DNA from: Amphiscolops sp. MND2022
Taxonomy: Eukaryota
Direction: 5' to 3'
Assembly (NCBI GenBank): GCA_964187785.1
Contig: OZ076412.1
Location: 13,454,001 to 13,518,000, forward strand
Length of the DNA: 64,000 nt
The first letter of the stretch is position 1; every line of letters starts with the position of its first letter. The notes beneath the pieces were generated by a model. It was not told the origin of the DNA. It ran no database searches and saw only the letters and a program-made list of their open reading frames with translations. Both the position numbers and the translations under genes were made by a program. Positions 62,021-64,000 of this stretch are shown here, one piece after another.

Positions 62021-62897
62021 ATGGAAAGATTAGAGTATTATAACTTTGTTGAATTTGCTATTTTTTACTTGTGTCTAACCAAGTAAGTCTTCTTACTTGT
62101 TGATAATCACTAAGCCATTGAGAAGTTATAGAAAAACTCATAAAAATCTGTCTTTTCGCTGGAGAAAAATTCCGGTATAGCGCAATCTTTTCGAGCCTCT
62201 GCTTCCTCCTTAGCAGAACGCAATTTACTTTAGTTATAACTTCAAAGGTTCGGATCGTGCTGGGTCACGTGCGAACAAGTTTTTCGAACCTCAGCCTGAT
62301 CCTTGGTAAAATCCAATTTACTTCGGATATAACGTCAACAATTCGGATGAAGCGTGCTGACTAAACCCAATAGTTTTTAACGAATATTTGCTCATCTGTG
62401 CTCCCTAAATGTTGACGGATCATAGCTACTGGAGAAAAAAACAGTCATTCTAAGAGTCGTGTTTTTTCTTCGAAAATGCCAAATAAAAACACAATTATGT
62501 CTGTTTTCGAAATCAAAAATACAAACAGGGAAAGACTCAAGTTGCCCTCGAAGCACAAGTCATTTGACTCTGCTCAGAATCAGAAAAAGAGAAAACTCAG
62601 CTTCAATGAATGTCAGGACCCGTCAGTATTGAGAATCGATTTCCCTCTGAAGTAGCAAAAATATCAACGGAACAAGTTTTTGATCCGGTGACAACCTGTA
62701 AAAAAGTTTACAAAAGATATCAAAGAAGCCCAATGGGTGCATTTTATACTTGGTTCCTAACCGTTATAAAAACGGGTAATTTTGTTTAAAATGTTTTGAA
62801 ATCAACAAATTAGCCACTTTTGTACTCTACAATTAACTATTGAACTTTTTACGAAATGTTTAGATCTTTGGCAAATCTATTAAATTTGTCATTTCAG

Positions 62898-63490
62898 GAA
62901 CGTCTTGTGAGAAAACTTCGGCGAGGGAGCTGACTTTCAAAATAGGTTTCAAAAGACTCCACACATTCTACACAAAAACTCTTCTATGGCCCAACAGTGC
63001 TCTTCTAAGCCTCAGCAGTCTTATGTTTTTCCTTCCTTGCGACTGTAACGACCAACACAATTTCGGCATGACTGTTTTACTCACACTGTCAGTGAACTTG
63101 GTAGTAGTGACCAACTTCATACCTGAAACATCGCGCTATTTTCCCCGGGTTTGCAATTACTTCTTGCTCAGTATTTTGCAATGTATTGTGGGCATAATTC
63201 TATCCAGTATTGTTGGTCATGCAAGACACAGTGAATCATCACCCAAAGAACTCAACCAATCAGAAATGAATATGGGTGACAGCCAACCAGTGAATGATTT
63301 GGAAGAAGAAATCCCAGTCAAAAATCTTCACTCCAGTAATGACAACACTTCATCGGCATTATATCATCTCTCTTGTATCAGAAAAATCGCGCAAATTCTG
63401 AGTCAATATGAAACCCTAATTGGCCTGATTTATTTGTCCATTACGATTGTCGCTCACGTGTGGTGCTATCAAGGTTTTTTCTTCAGCTGA
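62898..63490 (+). CDS. Cys-loop ligand-gated ion channel subunit, coding exon 3 (loop C, M1-M4, stop)
   Basis: Phase-1 acceptor ATTTCAG|GA at 62897/62898. Open frame GTSCEKTSARELTFKIGFKRLHTFYTKTLLWP..FFLPCDCNDQHNFGMTVLLTLSV..IPETS..M3..M4 to TGA at 63490. Confidence 0.92.
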
Positions 63491-64000
63491 ACAGACATAA
63501 TGACACTGCATGAAAAAAGAATGATTTGCTAATTTTTTGAAAAATATATTAAAACAGAAAAACAGAAGTGAGTTAAATTCGATGAATTGGAATTTTAAAA
63601 AGGAAGGCATGAGTTTACTACGTGAATTTCTGTTCAAGCATAAATTCAAGTATCGAACTACACGTTTTTCTAAATCTGTACCACTTAGAAGTTGCCAGTG
63701 ATGGCCTATTTCGGTGACGTGCTTAATCTCTTAAAGGCAAATTTTGTCCAAATTTCAAAAAGAACTGTTCCTTGAAAGATCTTGATCTGTCTCACTGATC
63801 ACAAACAAGCTGGGAACGGCGCAAGTCGCCGCCACGCTCAAGGTTCAAAAAAGTAAAAGTTGCATGAAATATGCAAACGAACACCATTGTTGAAAATTCA
63901 TCAATTTTCAATTTTGCAGTGTCAAAAAATACCGGAAGGGACTTGCAAAAGGCTCGAAAACCTATTTTCCCCCACTAGAAACAGCAGAAAACCCATCTTG

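Overview
AT-rich animal (probably invertebrate) genomic DNA, mostly nested and decayed retroelements, with no prokaryotic gene organisation. One host gene can be assembled: a divergent Cys-loop ligand-gated ion channel (nAChR-like, non-alpha) on the + strand. It has three phase-compatible coding exons (10244-10520, 42707-43042, 62898-63490; 1206 nt, 401 aa) separated by ~32-kb and ~20-kb transposon-filled introns. Around and inside it are: (i) a gag-only LTR element with 2.1-kb LTRs, a GGGUUUU -1 slippery site and a decayed antisense ORF (1-7086); (ii) two related solo LTRs; (iii) a hAT MITE with an 8-bp TSD; (iv) a head-to-tail array of a small non-autonomous LTR element with shared LTRs (12722-19592); (v) two very large, degenerate, convergent Ty3/Gypsy-type elements with env-like and extra ORFs flanking exon 2, one with a 3.4-kb tandem amplification of its leader+gag region. 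The most unusual pattern recurs in three unrelated LTR families. A reading frame of ~80-100 codons begins inside the 3' part of the LTR. The LTR's terminal A is codon position 1, so LTR end + PBS (CA|TGGTGACAGG) spells ATG-GTG-ACA-GG (MVTG) and fuses the LTR-encoded leader to gag. All alignments and translations were done by eye; no database searches were run.
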